Shown here: one piece after another, positions 1-12,053 of the stretch
How the letters are laid out: each line of letters opens with the position of its first letter
Numbering within the stretch: position 1 is the stretch's first letter
From: Chiloscyllium plagiosum
Lineage: Eukaryota
Length of the DNA: 39,193 nt
Direction of reading: 5' to 3'
Assembly (NCBI RefSeq): GCF_004010195.1
Contig: NC_057756.1
Location: 4,083,232 to 4,122,424 of the forward strand
The notes under the pieces: generated by a model
What the model was told of the DNA's origin: nothing
Databases searched by the model: none
What the model saw: only the letters and a program-made list of their open reading frames with translations
Made by a program: the position numbers and the translations under genes

Positions 1-80
1 GTAGGTGCAACTGTCTGTCTGATCGTTTTGTGGTTCTGCTCGTTTCTTCCGTGAGTTTGATGTCCTTCAATGTGGTTTCT
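1..80 (-). mobile_element. Inverted fragment of the N-terminal region of a Penelope-like element, abutting the + strand copy
   Basis: Reverse strand reads ETTLKDIKLTEET..., with the A/C-rich bias of the adjacent + strand element; strand bias flips at ~80. Runs off the window edge. Confidence 0.55.
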
Positions 81-1557
81 ACCCGGAGCACCAACTTACA
101 GACTGGCCGGAGAACTACACGCAAGACTGAAATACCTAGTAGAAGAGTCACAGCACTCCATCCATTCCACCCAGTATTTCCTAAAAATCATCAAAAACAC
201 CAAAATAGCAGAAGACGAAATAATGATCTCATTCGACGTAACAGCACCTCTCAACTCCATCAACATCGACCTGGCAAAGGAAACACCTACCACACTTTGA
301 GAAGAGACCATCACACACTCCAAACACCATTGATCACATTACCAACGAAAACATCACGAAGCTACTGGACCTGTGCCTCAGCAGCCGCTTCACCTTCAAT
401 AACATAATCTACAAACAAACCAACGGCACACCCATGGGATCTACGCTATCAGGATTCATGGCAGAAGCGATAAAGCAAAGACTAGAACAAACAGCCCTAC
501 CAATCATCAAACCAAAACTCTGGGTCCGCTACGTAGATGACACCTTTGTCATCACAAAACGAAACAAAACAGGAGAGAAATTTAAAATGGTCAACAACAC
601 TCTCACAGGCATAACGTTTACCAAGGAGGAAGAAACCGAGAACAAACTCGCATTCTGGGACGTCACAGTCGAAAGAACGGACAATAGAGAACTACAAACC
701 TGCACATAAAGAAAACCAACAAACACTGAACAAATACTTAACTACACCACAAAAACGAAGCTATATCAGAACACTATTCCAATGAGCCACATCACACTGC
801 AGCATAGAGGAACTACGAAAAACAGCGGAGAACCACCTATACAATGTATTCAAGAAGAACGGATACTCAAAAAATACAGTCCGCAGATTCCTCAAGAACA
901 AACCAGGACAAGCAGACCAAACACAGCCAGAAACCCTAACCACCTTAGCATACATCAAAGAAGTTTCACAAATGACAGCCAGACTACTAAGACCCCTCAG
1001 AATCCTAGTAGCATACAAACCCACCAACACTCTCAAACAAAAACTAACAAACTTAAATGACCCAGTACATCCCATGGACAAAACCAACATCATCTACAAA
1101 ATTCCATGCAAGGACTGCCAGAAAAACTACAAGGACAAACAAGAAGAAAGTTAGCCACCAGGATACGCGAACACCAGCTCGCCACAAAAAGACACGACCC
1201 TCTCTCCCTCGTAGCCCGACACACGGGGGAAGAAAACACGATTTCGACTGGGACAACACATCTATCCTGGGACAGGCTAAGCAAAGACATGCCAGAGAAT
1301 TCCTAGAGCCCTGGCATTCCAACCACAACGCCACAAACAACACATAATGTAGATACCATCTATCAACCCCTCAGAAAACGAACAGGAAATGACATCACCA
1401 CAAACCCCAGGAAACCCATCCAGGAGAAACATATAAATAGAAAGCAGGAGACAACAGCGTTGCTTCACTTGGAGGTCGCCATTGATGATGTTCTCTGGCC
1501 AGGGAATGAAACGTCTGGATATCAAACCTACAGCCCAGCGAGGACACCTACACCCTA
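81..1557 (+). mobile_element. Penelope-like retroelement (RT + GIY-YIG endonuclease), decayed, with 3' end
   Basis: Frameshifted ORF pieces: PGAPTYRLAGEL, MISFDVT, NGTPMGSTLSG, WVRYVDDTFVI (YVDD at 530-541), FTKEEE..KLAFWDV, NIIYKIPCKDCQKNY, GQTRRKLATRIREH, FDWDNTSILGQAKQRHAREFLE. Confidence 0.93.
1474..1522 (+). ncRNA. Minimal hammerhead-ribozyme-like motif in the Penelope 3' end (core position C3 mutated)
   Basis: cca-TTGATGA-t-[gttctctgg|ccagggaat hairpin]-GAAA-c-GTC-tgg; the flanking cca/tgg can pair as stem I. Confidence 0.55.
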
Positions 1558-1559
1558 AA

Positions 1560-2665
1560 GTTGTATACGTATGATTGGTTAACTAGGATATATTAGATGG
1601 ATTCCAGGAAGAGGAACCATTAATATATAAAATTTGTTTGAATTTGGGAGACAGAGGGTGGAGGTAGACTGTTTTTTTAATTGATTGGAGACCCTTGGCA
1701 ACGCTGTGGTACAAGGATTGGTGATGGGTTCACAACTTTTTAGCATTCATACCAATGATCTGGACGTAAATATATGATGATTGTTTAGTAGGCTTTCAGA
1801 CAATACCAAAGTTTTCTGTGTCGAAGGCAGTGTAAAATGTCATCACAGAGTCCAATTTGACCGAGATCAAATGGGACGATGGGCTAAGAAGTGACAGATG
1901 GTGTTTAATTTAGGTAGATGCGAGGTATCGCATGTTGGCATTGCAAATCAGGGCAGGAATGAATGGTAGTGTCCTGGTGTCTATTGGCAAACAATGGCAC
2001 CAAGTAGTACAGTTCCATTGTTCCTTGAAGGTGCAGTCAAAGATAGGTAGTTCAGTGATAAAGGCGTTTAGCTCACACCTTCATTACTGAGTGCATTGAT
2101 TATCGGAGTTGGGACGTCATGGTGCAGCTTTACAGCTAATTAGTTCGACCACTTTCGGTATATTGTGTTCAGTTCCCTTGCTAATGGAGAGATGTTGCTG
2201 AATTTGAAAGGGAGATTTCTGCAACACGGTTGACGCTGGGGTTGGACTCTCGAAGGAATAAGGAGGGACTGAATAATTTAAGGCAATCATGCCTGGCGTG
2301 TCAGAAGCTGATGGCTGACCTGTTAGTTATTTATCAAGTCATAAGGGCCCTGGATAGGATAATAGCGAAAGTATTTTAGACCCAATCTAGCTGTCATAGG
2401 CTTAATGTGAAGGGAAATATTTAAGGTCGTGACATGCAACTTTACACGCAGAGGGTAATGCATGTATGGAATAAACTGCCAAACTAAGTGGCAGACGCTG
2501 ATATAGTTAAAATATTAAATGTCATCTGGCTGCATTCCAGAATGCCATGGGTTTCCAGGGAGATGGGCCACATTCTGGCAAATAGGACTAGATTATTTTA
2601 GGTTATATGATTATTATGAACAAATTGCTCCAAAGTTCTGATTTCACGCTATGCACCTCTCTGGT
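1560..2665 (+). mobile_element. Old CR1/HER1-type LINE, 3' part of ORF2 and 3' UTR, heavily decayed
   Basis: Remnants of VPQGSVLG, INDLD, SKFADDTK (gtaggctttcagacaataccaaa), 'MVQLYS.LVRPL..YCVQF' and FTQRV; typical 3' tail near 2640-2665. Confidence 0.8.
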
Positions 2666-4629
2666 TCTTAACATCTGTTATTATTTTAATTCACAAACAT
2701 TATAGAAGACAAACAAATGAATGCTTTTATTTCCAATATGAATTATCAATACAAAAATGCAGGGTAACATACAGTGCTATCATCAAAATGTCCAACAAAA
2801 CATGAAGACGTCTTTGAATCTTTCAAAATCGGATGGAATTGTAATCAGGCAACATGGCTAGCTATCGAACTGAATTCCTAACAGATCATGTTTGCAAAGA
2901 TTCCTACTCAAAAAACAAACAGCATTCTATGCTGGTATCATCTGTTCATTTAATTCAGAACAGCAGGGTAGTTTCCTTCCACAGTTTAGCAGTACTAAAT
3001 TAGCTTTCCTAAAGTATCAGCCGAGGCCAAATGATGACACAATTTCGTCTAATATGTTTTAATTTGAACGATTCATTAATTAACTAATTGTTTCAAAACT
3101 GTGTACACCAACCAAAACAGAAATAGCAAACAACATTTTTTTCTTATATTTTTCTCAGAGTTAGAGAAAATGAAGAAAAATCGACTTGACACTGGTAAGA
3201 AAGCAGCTTCAGTCAGAGGTGTGTATTTCACATTTGTTCATTACTTATATTACCAAAACTGATGCAAATACTTTCCAGAAATTTCACACTTTGACAAATT
3301 CTTTGCACAAGAAGTGTATCAACTTTGTTCATGCAGAACACTTCGGAGCTCAAGTGACCAACTATCTTACCCCGGTTTTCAATTTGATCCTCCTCAGTTT
3401 CGTTGGAAAACGATCTCGTACAATAGATTTCCTTGGATATCGATTTATTGTGTAATATTTATTTTCTAATTACCATTATTCCAGCGAACGAATACAACAA
3501 ATGTCTCCAGAATTCAGCAAATGAGATTTGAGGGGATTTTTTATCCTTACCATCGTTGCTTATGAAATTATTCATCTTATGTTAGATTTTGATGAGCCAA
3601 CTATCTCAGTCAATAAATATTAAATGAAATCTTCCAACGAATCACCAAGCAAGGATGCATTGTGTTAATTATTCAACATAATTGTTCCACATATTCCCGT
3701 TAAGTAGTTATTTTAGGTTTCAAAGGCAAGTTGTTGGTAATAAGTCCATGCTTCACTCATCTGTTGATTGGAGTGTGTCATGGAGATAAGGGTGAGCAGA
3801 TGTCAACACACAGTGAGCATTATTGGATTTCTTACATTAGTAATTAGTAGATTGATTAATATTTCGTCCATCATCCAGCAACTAAAGGATAAATACAAAA
3901 TGTGTCAACATCAAACTTCGACAGAAACTATAACATTTATTAGTGGCAATCAATTACGAAGTAAAGAGGGCACTTTCCACTCAATCAGTCAAACATTCTA
4001 TTTAACGTTGTGAATAAATTTTCGAAGTTTCTAAATGATAATAAAAAAATGACTCTACTTGCATCATATTGGATACAAAGAATGTTTCAGGACGTTGCAA
4101 AAGTGGGGAAAAACAGACACATGTGCTGGAAAGGTGCAAGCCTTTGTAATCAGTAGGTTTTTTTCGATAATTCATGGATGCAACTGTCACATTTAAACAA
4201 TTTTGTGTTCCTCTCATAATTCCAGTTCGAGTGCCATTGAGACCAAAAGGTGAGCAAATGTGCATCAGATTCCAGAAAGATTTTCCCAGGCATCGTTCAC
4301 AATTGCATGCATCTGTTTATAAAAGATATGTTCATTACCTTTTTTTCAGGACAGGACTTTTTTTTTTCTTTAACATATTCGGAATTCTCCTTCTACTGAA
4401 AAGACGTAGAGAATCTTCTATTGTTTTGGAAACAAAAGGAAACTGCGAAGATTACATGTTTTGTTACATAGCATGGAGAACGATGAGATGATAGTATCCC
4501 ATGATATGGACACATGCTTAGAATATGTTGTCTTGTTGTGTTCAGAATTCCGCAACGACCTGCCAAACGTTTGAGCTGTGACTCTTAAATGTGTGGAAAC
4601 AAAATCACGTTACACATGAGCGATCTGGA

Positions 4630-5530
4630 CAAAGCATTTTTGCTAGCTTTATACATGAAACAAAGATAGTAGAATGGAAAAGCAATATTGAGGACGTGGA
4701 GAGACTGCAGAAGAATGGAAGATGTTCTGTGAGTCGGTTAAGAAGTGGAAAATGTGACATAATATTAAAAAGTGGATAGTTCTGCATCTTGATCGGAAGA
4801 CTAGAGGTGAAAACATTTGTCTAAAGGAATTGGAAAATTGAAGCAAAATGAAGCTGGAAACCCGTTTGAGGATTCTCTTCAGGTTAGTATGTATATTCAG
4901 TTGGCAAATCGGAAAGAAATGCAATGCCAGCATTTATTTCTGAACGGCTGATTTGCAAGAAAAGAGATGCACTGTTGAGACCTTATAAGACTCGATTCAG
5001 ACTGTGTTTGGAGTAAGGAGACCTGTTTTGAGCCCCATACATAAGAAAACATGTTCTTGCATTGTAATGGGTTTGACGAGGATTACAAGAAAATTCTAGA
5101 ATGAACAGGTTGTCATGTAAGGGGTGACTGAGCACTCTAAGAATGTTAGAATAAACAACATGAATTTGATGGAAACTTGCAGAACACTGAAAGGTCTGTG
5201 AAGCATGGAGTTTGAAATGATGATACTGCGAGTAGGAGAGGAGAGAGCTTGATGGCACTATCTCAGGGACAAGATACAGCACTAAAGAATTGTGATGAGA
5301 ATAAATTCCTTCAGACAGATAGTAGTTAATCTGCGTAAATCACTGCTGCAGCAGACTGCGAAGACTAAGTCATTAAATGCATTAAAGCAGAGATAGTTTG
5401 CTTATTGATTGGTGATGTGATCAAGGGTTACCTGGAGAAGGCATCAGAGTGGATTTGAGAATCTATCAGCCATGATCAGGTGCTGCAGCAGGCTTGATAG
5501 GCTGAGTATCCTATATCTGTGGATTTAGGG
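4630..5530 (+). mobile_element. Old CR1-type LINE 3' fragment
   Basis: FASFIHETKI..EDVERLQK (decayed FADDTK region), LYKTRFRLCLE, and a 3' UTR ending ~5530. Confidence 0.75.
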
Positions 5531-5947
5531 CACTATGCTGTCAACACTGCTATGTCAATCTTAATTTACTTTCCAATACACAAAATTACCCACGGTACAT
5601 AACCATAAATAGGGTTCTATTGATTTGCGACGAGTAGCATTTAGTCAGTTATGACCACAGAAAGATTATTCAACTAAATCACTTCGTCAATCCCATCAAT
5701 TTGCGTTACCAGAATGTGAAAAGCGCTGCAATTTAGACATCATTAGTTGCACATTGCGCAGAGTTCAGAAGGAGAGGCATTTTATTTGAACATTTTCCAG
5801 TGCAGTGTGATTTCTTAACAAAAAGCAGAATATTTTAAGAAGTTTGAAAATCAAAACAAATTTGAAGAAAGAAACTAAGAGTTCCCTATAGTTAATCTGC
5901 AACATAGAGCGGAGACATTTACTAACAGAAATGTTTACTTTGCAAAA

Positions 5948-6620
5948 GTGAGCTCTGCAGATGCTAGAAACCAGAGTTTAGATCAGAGTGGTGCTGCAAA
6001 AGCACAAAAGGTCAGGAAACATCCGAGGATCAGGAAAATTGACGTTTCGGGCAAAACTCCGTCATCAGGAATAGAGACATGAAACATCCAGGGTGGAGAG
6101 ATAAATGGTGAGTGTGGGAGGTGGTGCTGGAGAGAAGTTAGCAAAGAGTACAATTGGTGAATGTGGGTTGGAACGGAGGTAATAGGTCAGTGAGGATGGT
6201 GGGGGAAGATAGCAAAGCATACAATAGGTGAATGGGGTTGGAGATGGAAGTGATACGTCAAAGGGGAGTGTGGCGCTGATAGTTGGGAAGGGGGATTGGC
6301 AGGTAGGACAGGTCATGAGGACAGTGCTGAGCTGGAAGATTGGAACTGAGTTAAGGTAGGAAAAGGGGAAATTAGGTAACTGGTGAAGTCGACATTCATG
6401 CTCTGGTTTTGAAGTGTTCCATGGCGGAATATGCGTTCTTTCTCCAGGTGTCGGGTGTTCAGGGAGCAGAGGTGGAGCAGGCAGAGGACCTGCATATCCT
6501 TGGCAGAGTGGGAGAGGGAGTTGGAATGTTGGGCCAAAGAGCGGTGGGCTGATTGGTGTGGGTGTCCTGAAGATGTTCCTGAATATCTCTGCGAGGAGGC
6601 GTCCAGTCTGCCCAATGTTT
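5948..6620 (-). mobile_element. Penelope-like element, second family: GIY-YIG C-terminus plus 3' terminal region
   Basis: Minus-strand pieces NIGQTGRLLAE, EHLQDTHTNQP, AQHSNSLSHSAKDMQVLCLLH...HLEKERIFRHGTLQ..MNVDF, followed by a pyrimidine-rich UTR ending ...agcatctgcagagctcac. Confidence 0.88.
6036..6072 (-). ncRNA. Minimal hammerhead ribozyme motif in the Penelope terminus
   Basis: Minus strand attc-CTGATGA-cggagttttgccc-GAAA-c-GTC-aatt: intact CUGAUGA and GAAA core, short imperfect stem II, GUC cleavage triplet. Confidence 0.7.
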
Positions 6621-6654
6621 ACTTCCATGCCCTGTCGCCAATTCCCCATATCTC

Positions 6655-7021
6655 TCGGGTCCAAACGGGAGAGGGTGACCAGCCTCAAGTCGTTGTCCAT
6701 GTAGGTACCAACGACAAGGGTAGAAAGAGAGATAGGGATGTAAGGCAGTATTTCAGGGAGCTGGGGTGGAAGCTGAGAGGTAGAACAAACAGTGTTGTTA
6801 TCTCTGGATTGTTACCTGTGCCACGTGATAGCGAGGCAAGTGATAGGGAGCGATATCAGTTGAACACGTGGCTGAAAGGATGGTGCAGGAGGGAGGGTTT
6901 CAGGCTTTTGAACGCTTGGGGCCCATTCTGGAGAAGGTGGGACTTGTATAAACAACACGGTCTTCACTTGAACCAGAGGGGTACTACTATCTTGGGAAAT
7001 TTGGTGGTGCTATTCGGGTGA
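6655..7021 (+). pseudogene. CR1 ORF1 C-terminus, SGNH/GDSL esterase-like domain
   Basis: QPQVVVHVGTND, VVISGLLPVP, LNTWLKGWCRREGFRLL, WDLYKQHGLHLNQRG (blocks III and V of the SGNH fold). Confidence 0.85.
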
Positions 7022-7109
7022 GATTACACTAGATCAGCAGGGGGATGGGAACCGGAGGTGTAGCTGCAGTACACAGGAGGATGAGAGTAGGAAGGACAGG
7101 GACAGGATG

Positions 7110-9887
7110 TCAGGGTCACAGGTATATGATGGCAGACAGCAAACTGGTTTGAAGTGTATCTACTTCAATGCCAGAAGTATCCGAAATAAGGTTGGTGAGT
7201 TTGCAGCATGGATAGGTACCTGGGACATCGATGATGTGGCCATTTCCGAGATATGGAAAGAGTAGCATGAGGATTGGATTTTGCAGGTTCCAGGGTTTAG
7301 ATATTTCCTTAAAAACAGGCAAGGTGGTAAAAGAGGCGGAGGCGTGGCCTTGTTAGTCAAAGATAGTATAACGGTGGCTGACAGAACTTTTTATGAGGAC
7401 ACGTCTACTGAGGAAGAATGGGCTGAGGTTAGAAACAGGAGAAGAGAGGTCACACTTCTTGGAGTTTATTTATAGGCTTCTGCAGAGTTCCAGTGAGATG
7501 GAAGAGAGGATTAGCAACATCATCTGAGGTAGGAGTGAAGGGAACAGAGTGGTCATTATGGGCGACTTTAACTTCCCCAACATTGACTGGGAATGTTATA
7601 GCTCTGGATCTGTTTTTGTTTCCAATGTGTACAGGAGGGTTTCCTGACACAGTATGTCGAAGGGACGACAAGAGGGGAGGCCACACTGGATCTCCTTCTT
7701 CGTAATGAGCCAGGACAGCTGTTTGATTTAGTTGCAGGTGAGCTCTTTGGAGAGAGTGACTATAATCCAGTTACGTTTAGTTTTGCAATGGAAAGGGATA
7801 GGTACATGCCAAAGGTTAAGAGTTATCGATGGGGCAAGGGCAATTATAATGCAATTAGGCAAGAATTGGGATGCATAGAATGGGGTAGCAAAATGCAGTG
7901 GATGCAGACAATCTAAATGTGGATTTGGTTTAAGGAACATATATTATGTGTCCTGGATAGGTATATCCCTGTCAGGCAGGGAGGAAGTGATAAGGTAAGG
8001 AAACCATGGTTTACTGCAGAAATTGCATCTCTTGTTAAGAAGAAGAAAGAGGCTTATGTGTTGATGAGGCAAGATGGTGCAGATGAGGCGATGGAGAGTT
8101 ACAGATCAGCTAGGAAGGATTTAAAGAAGAGTTAAGAATAGCAAAGAGAGGATACGAGCAGTCTTTAGCAAATAGAATAAAGGCGAATCCTAAAGCTTTC
8201 TATAGGTATGTGAGGAGTAAAAGGATGATTAGGGTAGGAATAGGGCCAGTCAAAGACAGAAGTGGGAAGTTGCGTGGGGACACCGTGGAGATTGGAGAGG
8301 TGCAAAATGAACATTTCTCATCAGTGTTTACTCAGAAAAAGGAGAATATTGTAGGGGAGAAAAGTGAGATACGAGATATTAGACTAGAAAGAATTGAGGT
8401 TAGTTACGCACAGGTGTTATCAATTCTAGAAGGAGTGAAAGTAGACAAGTCCCTGGGCCGAATGGGATTTATCCGAGGATTCTCTGGGAAGCTAGAGAGG
8501 AGATAGCAGAGCCCTTGGCTTTGATATTTGTGTTGACATTGTCTACGGGTTTAGTACCTGAAGACGAGGGGATTGCAAATGTTGTCCCCTTGTTCAAGAG
8601 GGGCAGCAGAGATTACCCAGGTAATTATAGACCACTGAACATTACTTCTTGTTGTAGGAAAGGTTATGGAAATAGTTATAAGAGATAAGATTTATTATCA
8701 TCTAGCAAGCAACAATTTGACTTCAGATAGTCAACATGGTTTCATCAAGAGCCAGTCGTGTCTCACAAATCTCACTGAGATTCTTGAGAAGGTGACCAAG
8801 AATGTAAATGAGGATAGGGCAGTTGACGTGGTATACCTGGACTTCAGTAAAGCCTTTGATAAGTTTCCACTTGGTATGCTGATGGAGAAAATACAGAGGC
8901 ATGGAATTGAGTGTGATTTAGCAGTTTGGATTAGAAACTGGCTTTCTGGAAGAAAGCAGCGAGTGGTGGTTGATGGAAAATATTGAGTCTGGAGTCTAGT
9001 TACTAGTGGTGTTCCACAATGATCTGTTTTGGGACCTCTGCTGTTTGTCATTATGTCTTAGACGTAGGCAGAGGTGGATTGATTAGTAAATTTGCAGACG
9101 ACACTACAGTCAGTGGAGTAAAAGGCAGTTTGGAAGAATGTTACAGGTTGCAGGGGATTTGTATAAACCGCAGAATTGAGCTAAGATGTGGAAAATGGAG
9201 TTCAATGCAGCTAAATGTAAGTAGATGCACTTTGGGAAGCATGACAGGTTGGCAGAATACTTGATAAATGAAAAGATTCTTGATAGTGTGAATGCGTAGA
9301 GGGATCCTGGAGTCCATGTGCATCGATCCCTGAAAGTTGTCAACCAGGTGGATAGTGCTGTTAAAAAGGCATATGGTGTGTTAGGTTTCATTGGTCGAGG
9401 GATTGAGTTCCAGAACCGCAATATCATGCTGCAACTATACAAAACGCTGGTGCAGCCACACTTGGAATATTGTGTACAGTTCTGGCCGCCCCATTTCAAA
9501 AACTATGTGGAAGCATTGGAAAAGGTGCAGAGGAGTTTTACCAGAATGTTGCCTGGTCTAGAGGGGAGGTCCTATGAGGAAAGGCTTAGAGACTTGGGTC
9601 TTTTCTCATTTGAAAGAAGGCTAAGGAGGAATTTGCACGAAGAGCAGAGGTCTAGTTAGGTTAACAGAGAAAGACTTTTTCCTATGATGTTGACATCAGC
9701 TTGTACGAGAGGGCATAACTACAAATTGAGGGGTTATAGATCTAAGACTGATGTCAGAGGCAAGTTCTTTACACAGAGAGTGGTAAGGGAGTGGAATACT
9801 CTACCTGCTAAGGTAGTCAACTCATCCACATTAGGGAGAATTAAACAATTCTTAGATAAGCTCATGGATGATTTTGGAATAGTGTAG
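7110..9887 (+). pseudogene. CR1 ORF2 (APE endonuclease + reverse transcriptase), multiple stops and frameshifts
   Basis: CIYFNARSIRNK, GKRGGGVALLVK, VVIMGDFNFPNIDW, PWFT, QHGFIKSQSCLTNL, VDVVYLDFSKAFDK, ISKFADDT (FADDT at 9091-9105), LYKTLVQPHLEYCVQFW, FFTQRVVREWN. Confidence 0.93.
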
Positions 9888-10574
9888 ATGGACAAGCTGA
9901 GAAAAGTCCACAGGTCGGCGCAACATCGAGTGCCGAAGGGCCTGTACTGCGCTGTATTGTTCTATGTTCGAAAATACTCCTCTGCAAGCAAGAAAATAAC
10001 GTCCTTATCTGTGCAACCAATCCAATGCGGCGAAAAAGAAAAAATGCTGCCAAGCTGAACTTTAATCAAACACGTACTGGCACGATTCTCCCTGGGACAG
10101 TATTAGCATCGACTGCATTCAAAGCTCTGATAAGATTCTCCAGCTGCAAGACGTTTACATCCCCGATTTCGCAATGCAGAACAAAACTGTTTCACTCTCG
10201 TCTGATCATCATATGCACCGCTGTAAATCCTCATGGAAATAGTCTCAGAATCTCAGCATCGCAGAGCTGCAAATTCTCTGCATTAATGTAACATAACTCG
10301 AAACAGCCTGGAATGAGTTTCTTGAAGAGTCACTACACTAGAGCAATATTGGAAAGCGTCAAAAAATAACACACGTCCAAGTAAACAGATTGATTTAATG
10401 AGTAAGAGCTGTTTAACATTTATATGCTTCGAGTTTTCTTGAAATATATATTTGTTAATCGCAAACGTGCTCATTTCCAGTGAGAAAGGGCTGAAAAATC
10501 ATTCATATTAAATCAGTTTTTTGTGAACATTCTCTGTTTAACTTAAAGGAGAAAGATTTGAAGCGGTAATTTAT

Positions 10575-11932
10575 AATCAGCTCAGTTTCTCCTGGTCTCA
10601 GCTGAAAGTTGAGAACAGGCCTCTTCCCTGGCTGTAATTTAATATGTATAAAATTGTGACTCCTGGGAACCCAAGTTTCAGAGAGACAGGCGGGACTGCG
10701 GACACTGTGGTAGATCCGTGAGCCTGAGATTATTGTGGAAAACCTGTGCACAGAACTGGCTCCCCCAAGGGCAAAGAATTCGATACACGGAGCGATGTGG
10801 TGAATAACAAGTCCAGAAAGTGGACATGAAAGCATGATTAGGAATCAGCATTGGCCATTGTGCTGAGAAACACCGAAATTCGTTAATACAGCGGCAAGCA
10901 GGGTAAGGGGGCAGAATGTTCTTTCAACGACAAATGGGGACAGCCGTATTCTAGTACAATGGGTGCTTTTACTGCACAGGAGAGGAGGAAAAACTCTGGT
11001 AATCCTGCAGTGACTGGGGGTTCAATGATAAGTGGAAAAGCTAACTGCTTCTGTGATCAATATCATGGGCGCCACAAGAGATTCAGAAGTGGAAGAGTAA
11101 TTATCGAGGAGTTGTTTTTTCCTTGGTTTCAAGGAGAGCAGAGTAAATATAACCTTTGGTTCTGAAATGGAAGATGGAGTGTTGAGGAGGAAGTATAAAA
11201 GTTGGAATTCAGAGATAATGGTATCAGGATTGTAAACATAGTCAGGTGCTGCTCAGTGTCTAAATAGTGTGTATTTTGGGTGAAAATGTAAATGTTGAGA
11301 TGTTGCTATGATGTGTCCTTCTGTGTCCAACATTATTGGGAACAGATCTGGCAGAAGTGGGAACCAAGAAAAAAAAGTCTAAACAGTTCACTTCTTGGCA
11401 TTATATGGACTGATTTTCCAGAGAGTATTTGATTTTTCCATTGTGGAGGGTTTGAAATGGGAAGAAAGAAAGAGGGGACTGCAGAAGAAAAAGAGAATCA
11501 AAGTTTAGAAAATTAGAAATCTGCTATGTACACAATTAATGTACACGAATCAAAGAGATCTGACTTAAATTGCGGAACATTTCTACCAAAGCAATCCTTA
11601 TCCATATAAACAGGCATAATAATTTAAAATATGGTTTGGACTACAGCACAGAGCTGCAGTACCAGAGGTGAGAAAGGAGTATACAGTCGCACTTTCTTTT
11701 TTGGGAAACAATGAAAAAAAAAATGGTTGGGTACTATTGTTAGATAAAGTAACATTAGCACAACAGTCAGGAAAATACTAACTCCAGTAAATCGAAATCC
11801 TTACAGGTCGATCACAGAAACAGAAGGAACAGGAAACAAGAATCACGTTTTATGCAATCGTGCAAAAGAATGATAATTTCAGTGAAATTGCAAAATAGCA
11901 AGTTAGAGACAAAGCTATGATTATTGGAGTTT
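10575..11932 (+). mobile_element. Old CR1 LINE, 5' half (ORF1 and start of ORF2 endonuclease); interrupted at ~11932
   Basis: LRTLW*IREPEIIVE (ORF1 coiled-coil region), AQERRKNSGNPAVTGGSMISG (decayed 'AIVIGDSIVRG'), IMVSGL, GGWVLL-type segment, ending in MIIGVF (decayed 'VIMGDF'). Confidence 0.7.
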
Positions 11933-12053
11933 TTAGCGCAAACATGCTGGTTTCCCATCACCAAGTACACATTTACTTTCCTGTGCATAGCATATTGACT
12001 GCAGCCTAGAAGCGAAAATTGTTCCCAGAATTGAGGAGATTGCAATCTGCTGG
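11930..12053 (-). mobile_element. 3' part of a short LTR-like host element (split by the nested array)
   Basis: Minus strand ccagcagattgcaatctcctcaattctgggaac...ggctgcagtcaatatgctatgcacaggaaagtaaatgtgtacttggtgatgggaaaccagc. Non-CR1 sequence directly after the CR1 break. LTR identity is inferred from layout and recalled similarity to shark solo LTRs. Confidence 0.55.

Larger units (their letters stand above)
6655..9968 (+). mobile_element. CR1/HER1-type LINE, 3.3 kb, 5'-truncated within ORF1; best-preserved LINE in the window
   Basis: ORF1 remnant followed by ORF2 remnant and a 3' tail gggcctgtactgcgctgtattgttctatgttc. Confidence 0.95.

Noticed and set aside
3230..3580. Minus-strand open stretch (..SPQISFAEFWRHLLY..*..NETEEDQIENRGKIV..) with GTAAG sites
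   Set aside because: No recognisable domain or clear acceptor; compatible with chance.
6065..7021. The two longest ORFs (211 aa minus, 196 aa plus) as novel genes
   Set aside because: They are chimeras across a Penelope/CR1 junction; each part is explained by transposon sequence.
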